Shown one piece after another: positions 59,706-64,000 of a stretch of 64,000 nucleotides of DNA. The position numbers were made by a program, and so were the translations under genes. This stretch comes from Planctomycetota bacterium (GTDB lineage: Bacteria; Planctomycetota; UBA8108; SXIK01). Below the pieces are notes generated by a model. The model searched no databases, was not told where the DNA came from, and saw nothing but the letters and a program-made list of their open reading frames with translations. The first letter of the stretch is position 1, and each line of letters opens with the position of its first letter. Location: positions 1,120,001-1,184,000 of the forward strand of contig OZ244999.1 in NCBI GenBank assembly GCA_965223265.1. Direction: 5' to 3'.

Positions 59706-60419
59706 ATGACGACGCTACCACGCACTATACTCTTTGACCTAGACGACACGCTATTGCGCTTCGGCGCCGGCGGCGAGGGTCTTTGGCGCGAGGTGGCGAC
59801 GCCCTTTGCTCCGCGTTTGGGCGTCGCCGTCGAAGTGCTCGTCGCCGCGCTCGACGCGAGTCGGTCGGCGTTCTGGGGCCAGCCGGCAAACGACGCGCGT
59901 GGTCGCCTGGACATGATCAACGCGCGACGCGAGATCGTCGCGGACGCGTTGGTGGCTTTGGGCGTGAGCGCGACGACGCTCGGCCACGAGCTCGCCGACA
60001 CCTTGACGTGGGAGCGCGAAGCGCGCGTCGCTCCCTTCCCCGGCGCCGTCGAGACACTGCAGGCGCTCCGCTCGCGCGGTCACAGCCTCGGGCTCCTCAC
60101 CAATGGGTCTCGCGAGTTCCAACGTGGTAAGATCGAGCGCTTCGACTTGGCACCGCTTTTCGACATCATTCTCATCGAGGGCGAGATAGGCTTCGGCAAG
60201 CCGGACGCACGCGTGTTTGAGCGAGCGCTCAAGGCCACCGGCTCAGCGCCGCGCGAGGCCTGGATGGTGGGGGACAACCTCCGCGCCGACATTGCCGGAG
60301 CTCGAGCATTGGGTATCGGTGGTGTCTGGGTCGACTCGCAAGGGCATGGATTACCAGCGGATCCCCCAACCCAACCCGACCGCATCGTGCGAGCGGTTGC
60401 GGAGCTGTTGCGGGAGTGA
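59706..60419 (+). CDS. HAD superfamily hydrolase (YjjG-like)
   Basis: ILFDLDDTL, LLTNG, GFGKPD.RVF, WMVGDN..ADIAGA..LG; likely start ATG 59706. Confidence 0.92.
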   Translation: MTTLPRTILFDLDDTLLRFGAGGEGLWREVATPFAPRLGVAVEVLVAALDASRSAFWGQPANDARGRLDMINARREIVADALVALGVSATTLGHELADTLTWEREARVAPFPGAVETLQALRSRGHSLGLLTNGSREFQRGKIERFDLAPLFDIILIEGEIGFGKPDARVFERALKATGSAPREAWMVGDNLRADIAGARALGIGGVWVDSQGHGLPADPPTQPDRIVRAVAELLRE

Positions 60420-60690
60420 GTCCGCCTTTCGCGGTCTGACCGTTCTCTTAAAAGTTTTGGCGACGCTGCAGAGTCTTTTTGCCGCGATAGCCTCGCTCGG
60501 TAAAATGAATCCTCCATGCGAACCATCGCCACTCTCTCGCTTGTTTTGATCGCTGTCGGTTGTCACGTTGCACGACGTCAGCCGAACGGCGAGTCGTCTG
60601 TCGACAGACGGCGTAACGATCGTGCGTCTCGGCTCGACGCTCTACGACGAAACCGGTTGACGTCGTAGTTAGCCGGCAGTGGGAACTGGA

Positions 60691-61926
60691 ATGATGCAGC
60701 AGAAACTCTCTATAGCGATCGTGCTGTGGCTCATGCTTTCGAGCTTGGGGTGTGGGTCGGGAGACCCAACGCCACGCGGTACGGAAACGCCATCGCTCGA
60801 ACCGCGAGGTACAGAGGTGCCGCCCAAGCGTGCGCCGCCGCCGCGCCCCACGCCATCTCGAGCCGTCGAGGAAGCGGTAAACGACCTCGACTCAGACGAC
60901 AAAAACGTACGTGTCAATGCGCTCCGGGACCTCGCTCTCCACGGCGAGGTGGCCCGCGAGGTGGTGCCACGCCTCGTGGACATGGTCGAGACCCAGGGTC
61001 CACAGCAGCACGAACGGCTCCTTGCCCTGCGCGCGATCGGTAAAATCGGTGGACATGGTGATCGGGTTTTGCCACTCCTCGTCGATTTGATCAAAAGCGA
61101 GAATAGTCAGATCTTCATTGAAGCGACCAGGGCCTTGGGGATCTACGGCACCTCCGCAACGACGGCGGTCGAGCCACTCATGGCGACCATCGATCGCGGC
61201 GATTCGACATATGCTGAGGTGGTCGGCGAAACACTCGGGAAGATCACTGATGACCCGGTGTCAGAGCTGCTCAAGCGACTCGAAGACCCCAACTTCTACG
61301 TGCGCAGTCACGTCGGGGTTGCTCTCGCCATGTTTTCGACGGAAGCCTATCCGCCTTTGCGTGCACGGCTGGACTCATCTGCCGCGAAGACTCGTGCGAC
61401 AGCCGCCGAGGCGCTTCGGGGCTTCGGCAACCACGCCACCGGTGCTGTCGAGCGACTTATTGAGCTGATCGACGACTCGGATCCGGAGGTCCGTGCGCAA
61501 GCCCTGTGGGCCCTCTCGAACATCGATCCCCACCAGAAGAAGCTGGTGCCAAGGCTTCGTCGACTGCTGCGCGAAGAGAAGGAACGCAAGCCGTACTTCG
61601 GCACGGTTACCCTCTTGGGGGCGATGGGACCACTAGCCGAACCGGCACTGCCGGAGCTGATCGACGCACTAAGGTTACCTCTCATGCGCGCAGAGGCGCG
61701 ACACGGTGTGGAGAGCGCGCTGCGCAGCATCGGTGAGCCGGCGATTCCAGCACTTGTTGACGCTCTCGACGATCCCTTCCGCGCCCAGGGCGCTTGTGCC
61801 GTCTTAGGTTCCATGGGCGCTAGGGCAAAGGGTGCCGTGAAAGCTCTCGAGAAAACGGTGGAAACGACTGACGATCCGCGGTTGCGCGGTGCAGCCGAAA
61901 GCGCATTAAGCAGAATCGAACGATAA
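60691..61926 (+). CDS. HEAT-repeat lipoprotein
   Basis: Signal peptide with lipobox SLGC; repeated VR..A..AL..IG...AVP.L..LL.D units. Confidence 0.85.
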   Translation: MMQQKLSIAIVLWLMLSSLGCGSGDPTPRGTETPSLEPRGTEVPPKRAPPPRPTPSRAVEEAVNDLDSDDKNVRVNALRDLALHGEVAREVVPRLVDMVETQGPQQHERLLALRAIGKIGGHGDRVLPLLVDLIKSENSQIFIEATRALGIYGTSATTAVEPLMATIDRGDSTYAEVVGETLGKITDDPVSELLKRLEDPNFYVRSHVGVALAMFSTEAYPPLRARLDSSAAKTRATAAEALRGFGNHATGAVERLIELIDDSDPEVRAQALWALSNIDPHQKKLVPRLRRLLREEKERKPYFGTVTLLGAMGPLAEPALPELIDALRLPLMRAEARHGVESALRSIGEPAIPALVDALDDPFRAQGACAVLGSMGARAKGAVKALEKTVETTDDPRLRGAAESALSRIER

Positions 61927-62147
61927 GTCGCGATCGCACGTTGCGCACCTCAACGTCTTCGACACGCCGCTCCCCGCGAAGGGCAACGACTCCTGTGTGG
62001 CGAGAATCGACGTGCCTCACTGTTGCGATTCGCCGACTCTGCGTCTGCGAGTTCATGGTACGATGCAGTCCAATGGCCGCGCAGTCGAATGGCTGTACAG
62101 TCGAATGGCGGCGCAGTCCGGTGGCCACAAACAGGAGAATGCGAAAC

Positions 62148-64000
62148 GTGCCAGCGAAATCGATGCGCGGGCTAATTCACCTCGCCCTTGCGACGGGTCT
62201 TGCAGGTTCGGTGCGTGCGGGCGACGACGCGGCGATCCACTGGTCATTCCAGACGCCGGTCCGCCCGGCGGTCCCGGCCAGCGAGGGACTGAAACACGGC
62301 GATCGAGTCAGCCATCCGATCGACGCTTTCGTGCTCGCGAAGCTACAGGAGAACGGACTCGAGCCGGCGCCACTCGCTGACAAACTCATCCTGGTTCGCC
62401 GCGCCTATTTCGATCTCCTTGGACTGCCGCCTTCGCCTGAGCAGGTCGACAAGTTCCTCGAGGACTCATCGCCTGGCGCCTGGGCGAGCCTCATCGATGA
62501 ACTGCTGGATTCGAAACACTACGGCGAACGCTGGGCTCGCCATTGGCTGGACGTGGCGCGCTACGCAGACTCGGGTGGATTCGAGAGCGACGTCGCGTAC
62601 CCCAATGCCTGGCGGTACCGAGACTACGTCGTGCGTTCGTTCAACAGCGACAAGCCCTACGACCTCTTCGTCAAGGAGCAAATCGCCGGTGACGAGATCT
62701 GGCCGGACAACCGGGATCTCGACCCCAAGCGAGTCTACATCCTGTCCGACAAAAAAAAGCGGCACCTCGAAGCGCGGATTGGTACAGGGCTCTATGGACT
62801 CGGGCCGCGAGTTCCCGAATCGACGCTCGATGCGCGCCGCTTGCACTACGAGACCCTCACCGATTGGGCCGACACCACCGGTTCGGTGTTTCTGGGGCTG
62901 ACTCTTCAATGCGCCCGCTGCCACGACCACAAATTCGATCCTGTGACACAGGAAGACTATTTCGCTCTGCAGGCGATCTTCAGCAGCAGCATCGAAGTGG
63001 AGGAGCCGATCATATCTCCCGTCGAGATCGTCTCCTGGCAGGATCGCTATCCTCTCATCGTCCAAGTCCACGAAGCCCGCCTCGCCTACAAGCATTTCCG
63101 CGAGCAAACTAGGAGCGGCGAACTGTCGGAGGAGGAACGGACAGAGGAGAAGCGGCTTCGTGATAGGATCGTGGATGGAGTCATGGCGCTCGACGACGTC
63201 AACATCTCCGTGCCAAGAACCCCGTTCGATCCGCTCATGCGTATTCCAAAGGCGACGACTCTCGGGCACGAACGACCAGAACTCATCAAAGCGGTGCACC
63301 TTCTCGAGCGCGGCGAGCTGTACCGACCTCTGCGAGAGATCAAACCGGCCCTCCCCGCGTCACTGGCGAGCACAACGAATCGGCGCAAGGAAGTGACGGG
63401 GCCCTACGGCAGTCGCAAAGAACTGGCCCTCTGGCTGACGCGAACGGACCATCCACTCACCGCTCGCGTGATGGTCAACAGAATCTGGCAATGGCACTTT
63501 GGGCAAGGCATCGTGGCGACCGCGAATGATTTCGGCGAACACGGCGCGCGGCCGACGCATCCGGCGCTTCTGGACTGGTTGGCGACCGAGTTCGTTGCGG
63601 GTGGCTGGAGCATCAAGAAGCTGCACCGGTTGATCATGACGTCGAGCACCTACCGCATGACCAGTCGCTTCTCGACCGACGAGCACCAACGGCTTGACCC
63701 GGAGAACCGATACCTGTGGAGAATGAATCGGCGGCGACTGGAAGGGGAGGCGCTTTGGGACGCCGTTCACTCGACAGCCGGCACGATCAACCTCGAGATC
63801 GGCGGCCGCCCCGTCATGCCGCCGCTCGCCGAAGATGAGATCGCTGCCCTCCGCGTGAAAACGCATTGGCCTGTCTCCGGCGATCCCTCCCAGCACACTC
63901 GACGCGGGCTATACATCTTGGTCTTGAGAAACTTTCGCTTTCCGATGTTTGACGTCTTTGACGCACCGGTGTCGTCGGTGAGCTGTCCGCAGCGTGACGT
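62148..64000 (+). CDS. DUF1549/DUF1553 (PSCyt2/PSD1) domain protein, runs past the window end
   Basis: AGGAG RBS; HWSFQ, PIDAFVLAKL, RRAYFDLLGLPP, YGERWARHWLDVARYADS, CARCHDHKFDP, PLTARVMVNRIWQWHFG, PTHP.LLDWLA. Missing from the ORF track because it has no stop in the window. Confidence 0.93.
   Translation, partial: MPAKSMRGLIHLALATGLAGSVRAGDDAAIHWSFQTPVRPAVPASEGLKHGDRVSHPIDAFVLAKLQENGLEPAPLADKLILVRRAYFDLLGLPPSPEQVDKFLEDSSPGAWASLIDELLDSKHYGERWARHWLDVARYADSGGFESDVAYPNAWRYRDYVVRSFNSDKPYDLFVKEQIAGDEIWPDNRDLDPKRVYILSDKKKRHLEARIGTGLYGLGPRVPESTLDARRLHYETLTDWADTTGSVFLGLTLQCARCHDHKFDPVTQEDYFALQAIFSSSIEVEEPIISPVEIVSWQDRYPLIVQVHEARLAYKHFREQTRSGELSEEERTEEKRLRDRIVDGVMALDDVNISVPRTPFDPLMRIPKATTLGHERPELIKAVHLLERGELYRPLREIKPALPASLASTTNRRKEVTGPYGSRKELALWLTRTDHPLTARVMVNRIWQWHFGQGIVATANDFGEHGARPTHPALLDWLATEFVAGGWSIKKLHRLIMTSSTYRMTSRFSTDEHQRLDPENRYLWRMNRRRLEGEALWDAVHSTAGTINLEIGGRPVMPPLAEDEIAALRVKTHWPVSGDPSQHTRRGLYILVLRNFRFPMFDVFDAPVSSVSCPQRD

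Overview
GC-rich bacterial DNA, most likely from a Planctomycetota genome. That call rests on the DUF1552/DUF1592 and DUF1549/DUF1553 cytochrome-domain genes, an ECF-sigma/Ser-Thr-kinase-WD40 pair and a C-terminal RGDCNGDG dockerin-like domain. The centrepiece (21.3-44.0 kb) is a ~23 kb respiratory locus. It opens with a HAMP/PAS histidine kinase carrying a four-Cys motif, a sigma54 response regulator and a -24/-12 promoter. One tightly packed gene run follows: di-heme cytochrome c (NarC-like), narGHJI, narK and a complete alternative complex III (actABCDEF). A second nitrate transporter fused to a DoxX domain comes after it. No terminal oxidase follows this ACIII, and its ActB keeps an intact FS0 [4Fe-4S] motif. 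Also present: phoD, with a diverged copy of its 3' end 50.8 kb away; an EctR-like MarR gene with a methyltransferase; a P-type ATPase; a PadR/ABC-exporter/RoxA-like operon with a clear operator and a 5' frameshift; a Thg1-like polymerase plus P-loop kinase pair; a 14-repeat GloVer propeller protein; and several decayed gene fragments. I found no rRNA, tRNA, CRISPR array or intact integrase/transposase. All calls come from recognising motifs by eye; no database searches were run.
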